64,000 bases of DNA from contig NC_134033.1 in NCBI RefSeq assembly GCF_964204645.1, positions 11,912,655 through 11,976,654 of the forward strand. The letters run 5' to 3'. Positions 1-12,482 of this stretch are shown one piece after another. How positions within the stretch are numbered: position 1 is the first letter of the stretch; each line of letters opens with the position of its first letter. The translations under genes were made by a program, and so were the position numbers. This stretch comes from Tubulanus polymorphus (lineage: Eukaryota; Animalia; Nemertea). Below the pieces are notes generated by a model, which did not search any database, was not told where the DNA came from, and saw nothing but the letters and a program-made list of their open reading frames with translations.

Positions 1-3000
1 TAATATTACAACCTATAATCAAGCAATATTCCATTGAATAAAGCAACAAGTGTGTGACCTGAATTTCGATAAGATGATGATGATTATTTCTGTTTCGCAG
101 ACGCTAAGACGAAGTGAAGGGTTAGAAAGCTAGCGTGTATAATGTGTACGTAGACATAATCTGTCAAACATGTGAGCAGAAAAATGATATGAATATAAGA
201 AAGAAATGTATATCTAATATAGTTTCTGGCTACCTGTTGACAGATGTAACCCCAATATTTGAATCTATATGTATATTAGCATTTGTAGAACTACATTTAA
301 ATATTATGAATCAATGAAATTAATCCAGTTGATGAGAAAAAACTGATTAAAAACAGATGTTCGCTTTACATTTTTCGATCATTTTTTCTCCCTGATTTCA
401 TACTTCTCTTTTCTTGTGAAATAAATATTGAATATCGAATCATTCAAAATCGGGAATGGTAAGAACTTTTCATTCACCGAGATAAACAGGGGTGATTTAA
501 AAAAAAACAAATTGAAAGAATTTTTGCGACATTTGAATGAATTATCTTACGTTTTGACTGCTCGTTTTGTAGAACTTAATCTGATCCTCGTCGTTCATAT
601 AAAACTTGCGAAAATCCCAGATGGTCGAGATGTCCATCGAACTAAACGCGGCAGTCAGGCGATCACTGCTGGCGTGCATCTTGATTTATATCCCGTATTC
701 CGAAACTCAAGGAGTTTATGAAGTTATCCAGTCGACTGTTGATCAACTAACTCAACGAGTTCGCGCTGGTAGTTGATATCCTTTAACTCACTTGACTATC
801 AAGAATCTCAATCAGGTATCACGAAACTCTGGAGCTTCCTCAAAAGCTGAATGAGCTGCTTCGAATATCCACTAACTCAGGGAGTTTGAATCTGTATATA
901 TTCAAAACATGTAACCAAAACTCGAGGAGTTTAAAAGAAGTTTTACTAAATCCGCATGAATCCCGCAACTTTCTATAGGAGTTAATACCTATGAGTTAGC
1001 TGTTCAGCCGAGTTAACAATAAGATGCGGTGAAGTGATGTCCTGTAACTCACAATAGGTATAGCGTAACCGATAGACCAGTTCTATACAGAACACTGTTA
1101 TTCATCATCAAATAATACACGCGGTTTCTTTACATCTATGAATATCCGGCGCGCGCGAATCAGATAAATTATTAAATACGCAATCATATCCACGGAGTGT
1201 CATAAATATTTCTACACGATTTCGAATTTAGTCACGGATTTGCGTGAAGTGACACCGCAGTCGGCGCCGCCCTCAGCACCACGCACGCGTCGCAAACTGC
1301 GCCAGAACCGCGGCACGGTACTCGAAAAACCACCCTCTCTTCTTCCCTCTCTCTCGCGTACTGCGCCTCTATCCGTCTAGCTGCCTCTTCATCAACAGAG
1401 CACCGGACACAATTGTCAGATCATTAACCGAACACGATATTGTACTCGTCATCGCGATATGCTCGCTCCATCTCCTAGATATAAATAGATCGGGTTATCC
1501 GTTGTATAATGAGAAATACGCCTCGTGTTCAACCTTTACAAATCATCAAGTTAAAAAATACAATCTGCGGCAGCCGGTGTCGCTGAATGTTTTGTTTAAA
1601 TTTCTGTCATTACCGCAATATCTAAACACTAGATCCAGTCGGTCTAAATTAATTTCAGTTCTGAAGCCAAACTAATGAATAAACGCCGTATTAAGATTTG
1701 GTTTTAACTTTCGAGTCACAAGACACAACCTAAGTGCGAATGTAGTAATAAACTTCGAGACCTATCTTCAGTTGTTCGAACTGACTGGTCTAGAATCGTA
1801 ATACTGAAAGGTAACGTAAAGACCGACTTTTATCAGCTGTATGTAAAGCCTTTCTTCAGTATCTCGTCAGTATAAACATCTCCTTCATTTTAATACATAT
1901 AAATCATCGCGTGTTGATTACTAAGCATTTCTTCTCCATCATCGCCGCTGATAAAGTTGTTTCCAGCTTCTTTATGTTCGACGTTTCTCCGCGATAAACT
2001 GATTCGGCGAAACCCTGTAACTTTATGAAATCAATTTCGATATGGTTTGCCAGTAACGCTTAGCTCCTACACATTTAAGGCCAGAGGTTGAGGTCGATGT
2101 GAGGCCTTTTTTAATTGCTCGGAGTATGGAAAATAGAATAATAAAATGAATTCATAAACCTTTTACTACAACAGGACTCAGTTCCACAGTTTTTAGTTAA
2201 GATTTGACTCAGAGTTAGTTAACTCATTGAAAATGAACTGATTTTAACTCAGAGTTAACAGTCACTCAAAGGTTGTCTAAAGATACCCTCGGTTAAATTC
2301 TGTGATAAAAATGGATTTCTAACTGTCACCATATCAACTATTCACTTGTTAAATCTGAACCAACTTGCCCCAGATCTCCAGGCCTCAAATGATAAATAAG
2401 CAAAGATAGCGGTGGACTTCAAATCAAAACCGTCGAGAATTGTGAAACCGGGCTCCGAACTCTTTTGCCGAATACCTTTGAAATACCTCTCATCAACGGA
2501 CACAAAACAATCTCTATGAAACGACAGTAGCATTAATCACAGCATTTACGAAAAAAAAATCCCGAACGTAAAACTCATCGTTCCGCGGGGGTTATCGGCA
2601 ACAAGCAACCTACTAATCTTCCTTTCTAGTCATCGTTATTAGCGTTCATTTATTTCTGTAGTTACCGTCGCAATTGAACGATATGATTAATCCTTTCGGC
2701 AAAATCTTATTTCCGAAGACGACGACGTGGATACTATTTCGAATGGCGCCGATGTACCGGCGCGCCCCGGAGCGATTCAATCCTTATATGACGAGATGCA
2801 GAAAAAAATTAAAAACGCGCATGCATGCACACGCGCGTGCGTTCTTATCATCGCGTAGCGGAGTATAACGTCTTTTTGATGCCTCGTGCGAAAATTTTCT
2901 AATCAAATCCCGCGTAAACGAATAGTAATTAACGATTGTAAAATCCAGTCGAATTATCCTCGGCTCACTTTCGTTTGAGTCGATCGCGAAATTCGCTTCG

Positions 3001-4272
3001 AGTTTTCTAATTAATGAGGTTTCATTGTTTTTTTTTTACAACGCGACAATCGATTCGAAACGCGAAAGAAAAGCCGAGATTTCGGTAAAAAGCTGCTGCG
3101 CGTACGGCAAAGATGTCTGATAGACAACTGCGGGATGGAATTTCTACCTGAAGAGAGTGCACAGACACTGTAATACTGAATACGTTGACAGGTATGTAGC
3201 TAGTATACGATGTAAGCACGACTGCGTGGCTGTGGCATAGTTTATTCAGAGCAGGACACAACTCCGCTGATGCGACAACCGTATCATAGATCTCTCCTCA
3301 AACACGACATCATTTAGAACCGCAGCGTCGCCATAGATCTCGGGCCGCTTTACTCGTGGCGGTTACTTCCGACTAATAAGAGATCTCTTCAACAAAAAGA
3401 AGAACCATCTCTTAACAAGAACGACACAGTACTCTCAATCGAGAAGAACCACTCATCACGCTAAAGAACCATAGTAGATTTCCTTAACCAATTGAGCCAA
3501 AGATTTCATTAATGAAGAACCATAGCTTGATTTCTTAATAAATTAGAAATAATCAATAAATTAGAATAAATTAGAAATAAAATTAGAACCCAAACACTTT
3601 AGCTCTCTTCAATGATGAAGAACCAAAGGTGCATACATTCCAGTACCACAGTGCCATATTTCTCTTCAAAAAGAACCCTTTACCACGGATGATATCGAAC
3701 TAACTATGATGATCGTATATCTCTATGAACGAAAAAGAACCATCGCTGTATATCTCATCAAAGACAAACCGCATTGCCATATATCTCTCAGAATAATGAA
3801 GTACCACAATGCTGAATATATATGTTTAACTAAGAATCACAAGTAGCCGAGATGCTGTGAAACTAACTACGCTACGACACTGATACGTGTATTTCTACAT
3901 CTCGAGTCTCGCAACGTTCTAAAACTTGATATTCTCTCCAAACGAAATACGAATCATCGCTTCTCGATGAGAGGATGTTTTTCTTCTCTCGAAAACTTCA
4001 CGACTAAATCGCACATACTATCGGATAGCACACGCAAGAATCAACTGAAATATGTTTCATGTTTCATTATCTATATTATATATGACATTCAACACAATCC
4101 ATGGACACCCCTGGGAAGAGTTTTAACGTTAAGTCATGTATTAGTGAGTTTTTGCAGCGAGCAACATTTAAGTGGTTTTCTAAACAGGGGTCTTGACACC
4201 TGTTGGGTTTAGTTAAAGGGAGAGTTAAAATGGTCTAAACCCATTTCAGTTCTATAGCCGATCTAAATCATA

Positions 4273-5019
4273 AGGCGCGTTCACACGACGAAATTTAGAC
4301 CGGTCTAAATTTGGTCCGGTCAAATTTAGACCGGACCAAGCGTTCACACGGGCAAAAATACCGTTCCAAATTAGACCGGTCTAGTTTAGACCGGTCTAAT
4401 TTGTCACGGTCTAAAAGAGCGAACCAGGTCTGGACCAAATTTTGGACTGGTCTAAATATGCGTGTGTGGACAGAACCTGGTACCAGGTCCGGTCTAAATC
4501 GTAATTCTGAATCTCTGCGGTAGATGTCGCAACCTCTGCGGTAGAGTGTGAGTCCAGTTTATTAAGTTTTAAATGCTTTTATTACCGTTAATGTAATTAT
4601 TTTTAAGTACTGTTTTTACTCCCTATTCAATGGAAATTTTTGGAGCGTAATTCGTATTCGTATATCGCGATCATCATCCGTTTCACTGCCGTGCTTTGAA
4701 CCGTGTTTAAAAGACACTTAGAGTTTCAGCATGATAGAATAAAATTGAATTCGCAAAATGTATAAACCTGACAGAGGATCGAATTGGTCAAATGAAGAAT
4801 GCCTTGCTCTACTTGGAATCTGAAAGCAAGACTTCATCAAGGCGCAATTAATTATTGAGCAGATGGCGACATCTTGTGGGCCCGGTGACAAGCGATTTTT
4901 TCACCGCGTGTCAAAACGCCGTGTGAACACTCACCAAAATTTGGTCCGGTTTAAATTTGGACCGGACCAGTTACGGACACATTTAGACTGGTCTAACTAG
5001 CTGTCGTGTGAACGCGGCT
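4273..5019 (+). mobile_element. Non-autonomous PIF/Harbinger-derived element with Myb/SANT ORF relic
   Basis: TIRs aggcgcgttcacacgac / gtcgtgtgaacgcggct in TA/TWA context. Subterminal palindromic tttagaccggtctaaa motifs. Internal MYKPDRGSNWSNEECLALLGI*KQDFIKAQL (4758-4850) resembles the start of a Harbinger Myb/SANT (trihelix) protein. Confidence 0.75.
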
Positions 5020-5041
5020 TATATTTCAGGTAAGCTATTAA

Positions 5042-5226
5042 CCCTTTCAGTGCTGACTATTAAATACCCCAATAGCTGGCGAAATTTTTGAAAAATCTTT
5101 GAATTTGGTGCGTGTACATCGCATTGCGATGTATCATTAGTTACTGATATTGCACTGTTTTAATAGAGATAAAATCTAATTACTAATATCAATACACCGC
5201 ACTGCGGTGTAGAGGCACTGAAAGAG
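5042..5226. mobile_element. piggyBac-like MITE (TTAA-flanked)
   Basis: TTAA|ccctttcagtgc ... gcactgaaagag|TTAA. Related copies at ~15550-15683, ~17750-17877, ~56380-56620 and 57160-57448. Confidence 0.75.
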
Positions 5227-5336
5227 TTAATTAAACCAATAGCTGTGAAAACCTGAAGCAAACAATGCGTTTACTCGATCCACTGAGAATCAGTTAAACG
5301 TGAGAGCATCATTTCTAGACAGTAAGAATTAATAAA

Positions 5337-6359
5337 TCAACTGCGCTTGAAACAATTACATATTTTATTCAGGATCAAAGTCATCGCCGTTCGTCTAAAT
5401 CGATCGTGCACCAAACAATAAATGAAAAAATTCGCCGACGAGTCCGAAATCGGGAACGACTCGGCGAAAAACCTCTGCACGTTTTTCGTCGCTCCGTAGT
5501 GTCGTGTTTTCGGTAAATCGACGAAAATTCCTAAGAATTTTTGATAACCATGAAACGAACTTGGAAATTCAAAAACCAGAAAAATAACCGAAACGGCGAC
5601 GGTCAAACGAACGGCTTTCATCGAATCTACAAATTCAGAATTCGACATCAATCTTTTTCGATTTCGCGAAATTCGGCGAACTTTTCCGACGATGTAGATA
5701 TTTAAAACGATGAGAATCGTGAACGGTAAAACTTCTTTAATCGCCGGACTCAAATAGATGGAAGACACGGATTTCCATCGGTCCCATACGTTAAACGTAT
5801 GCAGTAGACCTCGTACGGGTCGACCGGTGCAGACGTCGTAACCGGTGACGTCGGTATAATGAGCGAGACCGTAAATATGCGGCAGATAAACGCACGACGT
5901 TATCGCCGACGTTACGATATTCGCGTATAGAATGCGTTGTTTCGTGATTTTGGCGCGCGCGTAAAACGGGAACGCGAGCGATAAGAATCTCTCTACGCTG
6001 ATTAAAACGGTCAGCCAGTTACGCGACACGTGCGTTGCGTAGCGTAGAAAATCGATCGACAAATAGATATCCGGTCGTAAGTAGATGATCTCTTCCGGGT
6101 AGTCGCGGTAACGCGGATATAGACGGACCTTCTGCCGGAAGACGAAGTCGCCCTCGATGACCCAGCCGACCCAGTAACGCAGCGGTTCGCGTATACCGCG
6201 ACTTATCAAAAACGCGATATCTGTGTACGCTAGATATATGAGCAGTTGAATAGATACGGAAATTAACGGTTGATTTCGCAAAATGATTACGTTGAAAATG
6301 TTCAACACGATTCCGATTATAGTTATGGAGGTTCCACCGGTGAGTTTAACGACAGCCAT
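5337..6359 (-). CDS. Intronless class A (rhodopsin-like) GPCR, FMRFamide/peptide-receptor-like family, 340 aa from first downstream Met (true N-terminus may be longer)
   Basis: Seven hydrophobic segments: TM1 GIVLNIFNVIIL, TM2 LAYTD, TM3 NWLTVLISVERFLSLAFPF (ERF in place of DRY), TM5 LPFTILIVLN, TM6 VSVIFLVFEFP, TM7 SSANFFIYCL, plus helix-8 FRRT. These motifs typify invertebrate FMRFamide-receptor-like GPCRs. Confidence 0.92.
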   Translation of the reverse strand: MAVVKLTGGTSITIIGIVLNIFNVIILRNQPLISVSIQLLIYLAYTDIAFLISRGIREPLRYWVGWVIEGDFVFRQKVRLYPRYRDYPEEIIYLRPDIYLSIDFLRYATHVSRNWLTVLISVERFLSLAFPFYARAKITKQRILYANIVTSAITSCVYLPHIYGLAHYTDVTGYDVCTGRPVRGLLHTFNVWDRWKSVSSIYLSPAIKEVLPFTILIVLNIYIVGKVRRISRNRKRLMSNSEFVDSMKAVRLTVAVSVIFLVFEFPSSFHGYQKFLGIFVDLPKTRHYGATKNVQRFFAESFPISDSSANFFIYCLVHDRFRRTAMTLILNKICNCFKRS

Positions 6360-6424
6360 GAACAGTCCATCGGTGCTGTATGAACAGTCGACCGGTATCT
6401 GCGTCGTCAGAGTGGAATTGACTG

Positions 6425-6600
6425 AAGCTGTCTGCTTGGAAAAATCCGTCTGCAGCTGCGTGAAATCCGTCTGCTTGGAGAAATCTGTCTGCTTGGAGAA
6501 ATCCGTCTCCTTGGTGAAATCGGTCCGCTGTAAGGAATCCGTCTGCTCTGTGATATTCGTCCGCTGTGTAAATTCTGTCCGCTCTGTGATACCTGTACCT
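6425..6600 (-). repeat. Degenerate 18-bp tandem repeat in frame with the GPCR (TDFSKQ-like units)
   Basis: Repeated aaatccgtctgcttggag units. Minus-strand translation in the GPCR frame gives TEFTQR TNITEQ TDSLQR TDFTKE TDFSKQ TDFSKQ TDFTQLQ TDFSKQ. Confidence 0.85.
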
Positions 6601-8371
6601 CTTTCACGAAGAAGCTCATAATTGCCATCAATCTTTTTTTAGAATTTCATATCGTTATAAATATAAATATATATATATATATATATATCTATTTCATCGT
6701 TAAACCAGTATTTAATTGGCTCCGATCGAACGTAAATATCTAAGTATCAGTTTCACGCGAAAATCGACGGTCAAAAAGTTCTGTTTAATGAGAAAAGTGT
6801 AAAATAAATCTTTGCATCCAAAATGTGTTTGATTTGCGCCAAATTTGATTCGTGCCAAATCGTCTTTGTGTGATCACGGCTCATCTTTCTCCTGTACTTT
6901 TGGTAGTAATTTCACTGTTTATCTACTGTATATCTACTGATAATGTCTTCTCAAAAGACGTGAGCACATTCATATAATGTACATGTTCTATGTTAATGAA
7001 GTAACCAAAAAAAATTTGGACTTAAAAAATCTGGACTGAAAACTGGCGCGTGTTGCGCTAATCCCCATCGACGACGCAAATTCGAGAAAACTGAGTTTGA
7101 AATATAACACTCAGACTCGCGCTATTCACCATCGCCCAACGCTACGATCCAGTCGCTCTCAAGAGAACCGACGAATACCGCATTAATCTCGAGTTAAACG
7201 CGTTTTCGCCAAAAAGACTGAAACTCCTGCGAGAATAAAACTGTAATTTCAGAAGCCGTCGACAAGGACATTGATCTATGAGTAAGACGAGTAACACGAG
7301 CGCGTTCATAGCTTTGTTTTCACTCTAGAATACACAAGTGGTCGCCCACAACCGATGAATTTTTCATCTTGCACAGATCAAAATCGCGTCGGAATTTTAA
7401 GGCCTTTTTTTCTAATCCTCCGAGTACGGATCCGACTGCCGGAATTCTGCGAAAATCATCAAATTTGAAAAAAAAAATTTTTACAGCCCCCTTCATGTTT
7501 TCATCAAAATATCTTAATGAAAATAAAATCTTCATGATATTCAATTGAGAAACTTGAAAAAGATATCTTCATCTCAATTTTCAATCTCGTGATTCGCAAT
7601 AAAGTTTTATTTTCATTTTTTTCCTGTTTCATTCTATTTCAAAACGCAAATTTGCCCTTGAACCTTATATTATTTCTTGTATTATTACGGAATTCTCTAC
7701 ATATTATTGTCACAACACGGATATTTTTTATTAATGTTATATTTTCGCTCGTATCTGCTTAGCATTCTCGGTTACGCGGAAAACGTTTAACCAGCCCATG
7801 GCGATATGATTTTCTGGTCTGTGATCACAAGATTTCAGGTCACTTTTCAAGTTGCTTCCGCAAATGGCGGTGCCTTATAATCATAGCTGTGAAATAGATA
7901 TATATTGATAACATATGTGTCTGATCGTCAGTTGCTAGTGGACAACTTTTCAATTTTTCTATTTTTTTCTGCAGTCCTTCCGAGGTTTTATGTGGAAAAT
8001 ACTCAAATTAAAGAAAAAATAAATTGCCCATGGGCAAAGTGTGGTTTACCTTGAAAGCTAGAGGTTGTTTGGAGTAAGGGCATTGCTTGAAAAAATCTTT
8101 TTAATTCGTGACTTCAAAGTTCTAGAAGTTTATATTGTATTTTATCTTTCTTAAAGAATTATTTTGTAGTCAAATAGGACCAAAGATAAACATTTGTTTA
8201 TGGTCTACGTCCAAAATTTCGTAGGGTACAGATAGACGCGGCATTGGAAACTATTTTATATTTAAAAAAAATAATTTCACAATATGAAAAAATATTCAAA
8301 TAAAATTTATATGATGTCACATATCAGAGGGTGGCTGAATATTGAGTCTTGGAAACGAAACCTCTTCCAAT

Positions 8372-8829
8372 CAGGTGCGGATCCAGACTATCGCACATGC
8401 AGCACGTGCGGTAGTCGCAGTTTTCAAATGCCCTTGAAAAATTTATGTTTCGGGAAAAAAGTAAATAAAAGGGCACACAATTTGTGCGTCATAAAAAATA
8501 ATTGCCTTTCTGTACAAGGCCTAAAGCGAAATGTGGATGAAATAAATTGCCCAAAATCATAAAAGGCAATCTAAGGCATTTTTTACTCAAAAGGGCACTA
8601 TTCTAAAAAATAAATTATTGTCGCTCTATAAATTTAATCGAGAAATGGCAAATTTTGACCAAATACCTAAAAAAGGCTAAAAGCGAATTGAATGTGAAGA
8701 CACATTTAGTGGCATGATACGATTGCACTCAAACTCAAACTCGCTCGCTGGGCATTAATACTGGCCCTTTTCAGTTGGTGCCCTTTTTCACTGTGCTGTA
8801 GTCACTGTATGGCCCTGGATCGGCGCCTG
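8372..8829. mobile_element. TIR MITE with CAGG termini and 5-bp target-site duplication (hAT-like)
   Basis: TIRs caggtgcggatccag / ctggatcggcgcctg, flanked on both sides by CCAAT (8367-8371, 8830-8834). Confidence 0.75.
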
Positions 8830-10613
8830 CCAATGTATGGCCGCGGAAGCTAAAACACCGGGGCGTAGTATTAGATCGTTTTGAATCCTGGAATTTACCG
8901 CTACAATATTCAGACCTCGACCTATACCTATAGTTTGCTGCTTAGTATTTTCAGGTCACAAGAAATTACAATTTCTTACAACTTCTATCAAACAGAAAAC
9001 ACAGCGCTCATCTTCTGCTATGACGATTATTCAGCCTGTTATCATACAAAACGTGCACGCGCCAAGCAGCGTTACAGCATCTCCATATAGTAGTCTGTAT
9101 GAGCGTGTGTTTGTGTGTGCAACAGTCTAATGTTTAGCACTCCCGTCCCGCGCACGTGGAGGCCTTGTGTAGTGAACGCTCGCTTCACTTCAATCTCAAT
9201 CAATGGGTATTAAAACGAAACAATACCTATGGCGATATGTGAAATAATTATATTCTCACCAGCAATGAGCATTCAAAATTCGCACTTAGTCCAATGAAAC
9301 GTTCGCCATAAATGGCTTCCCCATAATTATTTTAGTAGGGCCGGAATTCCCCGTGTATCCCAAAAACAGCCAATCACATTCGCTCGTAGAGACGACGCCC
9401 TCCAATCGAGGTCATTGCAATTTTATACGCAAGAGCTAAGAATTTTCCCGCCAAAAACAGTTTTTCGTCGAATTTAAACAGAGTTGACCATGTCATCGAC
9501 GGAGGTTCGTCATGTCTTCAATCGCATCGATTATACGTCGTTTAACCCGAGAACCAATGCAAAAAATGCTCACATAAAAAAACGTACCGCGATTTTACAT
9601 GAATTGGCTCAATGCCAACCTCATACTGCTGACAAAGGTAAACCAAAAATTAATTCATATTTTTTTCCCTGTTCCCTTCCATTTTAAAAGGCCTATTATA
9701 AAAACGAATTTTTTCTATTTTCATTTTTTCCATTTGCCCTAAAATTTTTTTCTCGCACACTCCAAGTATACAAAAATGCCTAATGAATAATCGATGCAAT
9801 GTTTATCAAATAATAATAAGGTTACAACTGAACATAGCTGCATTAGAACGAGCCCTATTTACATCGGAGGGTGGCAGAAAATCGAATGGCAGACAATCGA
9901 GGGTGAACGGTAGTTACATTACACTAACTTATGCCAGTAGAAAATAAAATAAGCTTCATTTAGATGACAGGAATACGTTTCCTTCTTACGTAGATCCCCG
10001 ATAGATGTTTAGTGATCCCACGCCCTCTCACGATTCTCAGAAATAGCCACCATTATCAATGACGTCAACAATGTCCCTGGCATTTTCTTTCCTTTTCCGC
10101 AACGACATTTTTCTCCGTTAGGAGCTCTGTTAAGTTGAATAGACACACAGTGTATACATATATATATATAAAAAGCGTGTACATATTTGTTAATAATAAT
10201 TTCTCCCTTCTTCTTTGTTGTCTTTGATGACATTTCTCTTCGACGTTTACGGAAATAAACGGTGGATATTTTCCGAAATGTCAACAGCTGATTTATCTCT
10301 CACCGTACACCCGGCGACACGACGATACTCTCTCCCTCCCTCTCTCAAAGAAAAGCATTTCGCGGTACTTTGCAACGTCACAACAAATTGATATCATCGG
10401 TAAAACAGACCAAAATACTTTCGGTGTTTCCATTTGAAGTAGTTTTCACCGCAGATCGAATTCATTCGACATTTAAAATAAGTGGTTCAATTGAAAACAA
10501 ACTAGAAAGTAATGAAATTAAAACAAACTTTCTACAAATTTGAAGGATTTTTTGGCGATACCAAAATATGGCCTAGTTGAGGATCAAGAGATGGCTGGAT
10601 CATAAAATAAGTT

Positions 10614-10812
10614 CTGAGCTGCCAACTGTTCCTGATTTTCAGTATTTGTTACTATTTTGTAATGAGAAATACTGATTTTATTTGGTTGATGCATACAAAA
10701 ATTTGAAAGGTGTTACTGAGGGTCTTAGTGTCGATTACTGATTTTCTTTCATATTTCGATGTTACTTGAAATAAATTTGTTACTGATAGCGTTTCAGAGG
10801 TTGGCAGCCCTG
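10614..10812. mobile_element. Short hAT-like MITE
   Basis: Imperfect TIRs ctgagctgccaac / gttggcagccctg and internal ttactga motifs. TSD not clean. Confidence 0.5.
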
Positions 10813-11720
10813 TAGGTCTGTGTTCCCATTTGCAATTTCTTTTTTAAATTCTAATGTTGAGAAGTCACTTCTCCCTAAGAGATGAAATATATGCAATTTA
10901 TGCTGTCACACAGTTGGAGTTAAAGCCTTGAGGATAGAAATAATATTTGACAATTTTTGCCAAGCTTTAATGACTGTACGCCTTATTTGAATGCAATTTG
11001 TGCAATTTCAAAATATGTCTCAACAGCATCTCGTTTGCCTTGATGATTTGAGAACGCGACAAGTTCTTCTTTCCATCCTGCGATGGCAGCTTTTAAAGTA
11101 CCGTCGTTGCCAAGAAACAGCTCAACAGTGAGGTTTTTCTCATTAAGAATTAGTGGGAGAAGCAGATATTTTTCAAGTAGAGGAAAACGAGATTGACAAT
11201 CTACATACAGTGTACTCTTTCATCATTTTTTTACTCGTTAAGGAAAAATTGGTCTTTGATGGAGAATTTCCTTGTTGTCACTTTTACCAATTCATTCCAT
11301 TCCTCATCAAGAAACTTCCAAGGAATATGTGCTCAACCTATTTCCCGATATCGGCATTTTAAAGAACCTATCACATACCGGACTACTTTATCGCTACCTT
11401 TTTATCTAGTAGATTATTCTAATGGTTGGTGCTTGCTGCACTATTAGTCGTTGCTATTGGTACAACAAAGATCTTCTGCTAGCAACTAGATCGAACTTTA
11501 TCAAATACCCAGTAGATGGCGATGCTGTGTAAATCGATGTTTTTAAACTCTCGGTACACATCAGATGCTGTAAGTCTCAAGGATGCAGCGACACATGCGT
11601 TGCAGTGGGGATGCTCCGGTGCTGCCATGTAACAGGAACGAAACGCATCATCAACTGGATGATGAAAATCAACTGCCATCTAGCGGAATAACGTGGCGAA
11701 AAACATAATGAACGACTTAC

Positions 11721-11798
11721 CATGAAGTGAGGCTGGGTCAAGATAGCTCGTAATTCATCTGTATAATCGCTTTGATCATCTTGATAATATTCAAGTAT
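11721..11798 (-). CDS. CASK: CASK internal coding exon, second L27 domain (78 nt, phase 0-0)
   Basis: ttttctgtag|[26 protein letters not shown]|gtaagt, matching human [27 protein letters not shown]. In frame with the preceding exon. Confidence 0.93.
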
Positions 11799-12315
11799 CT
11801 ACAGAAAATTGGAAAGTACACAAAGTTCAAATACAAGGGAAACGCTTTCTAGGATCGAAGGCGACAGATTAATAAAGAAAGGATTCCGGTTGTTCTAACA
11901 AACCCTTTTCATGGCAGCTTGTGGCCATTGGATTTTTCATCTGTGCAGATGCCCAAAATCACGTTATTTCAAATATTGACAAATTCTTCATTTACTTTTA
12001 AATGTAATCGGCCCAGAGTGAGTTAATACGCATCCAGGGTTTATATCGATTAACTCATTCTTTCTACATAAAACATACAGTTTTCACATAATCTTTCCAG
12101 ATGTTTGAAATTTTTTCTAATGATGCTATTGTCATCAATCCAGGGTCCACAGGTTGGAATCCAAGTGGTGGCACAGTTGCTTGGTCGAAAGTTCTTCTCT
12201 AGCCCTCTTCGCTTAATCGCGATGGATCGATTCTCTATTGATAATGCCCCAACCAGGCACTCGGCGATCAAAAAAAAACTGATGGGAAAACATATTCATT
12301 TCTAATAAAACTGAC

Positions 12316-12393
12316 CTCTTTAGCTTTCGATACGGCATCTGAAGTAGGTGAGTGGGCTGGATAGATAGATTTGGTATTAATTCTGTCGTATAA
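12316..12393 (-). CDS. CASK: CASK internal coding exon, end of L27-1, linker and start of L27-2 (78 nt, phase 0-0)
   Basis: Not in ORF track. Reverse complement reads ttttctttttgtatttttcag|LYDRINTKSIYPAHSPTSDAVSKAKE|gtcag, matching human [26 protein letters not shown]. Joins in frame to the 57756 exon. Confidence 0.95.
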
Positions 12394-12482
12394 CTGAAAA
12401 ATACAAAAAGAAAACACGATCACTAAAAATCATCCGGTAGAAAAATTCTCGAGAGCTGAAAAGAATGAACAATCCGTCGTAC

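Noticed and set aside
6283-6631. Cys/Val-rich plus ORF and Arg/Ser-rich minus ORF over the 18-bp repeat
   Set aside because: These are alternative frames of the repeat. The GPCR frame gives the more plausible glycosylated ectodomain.
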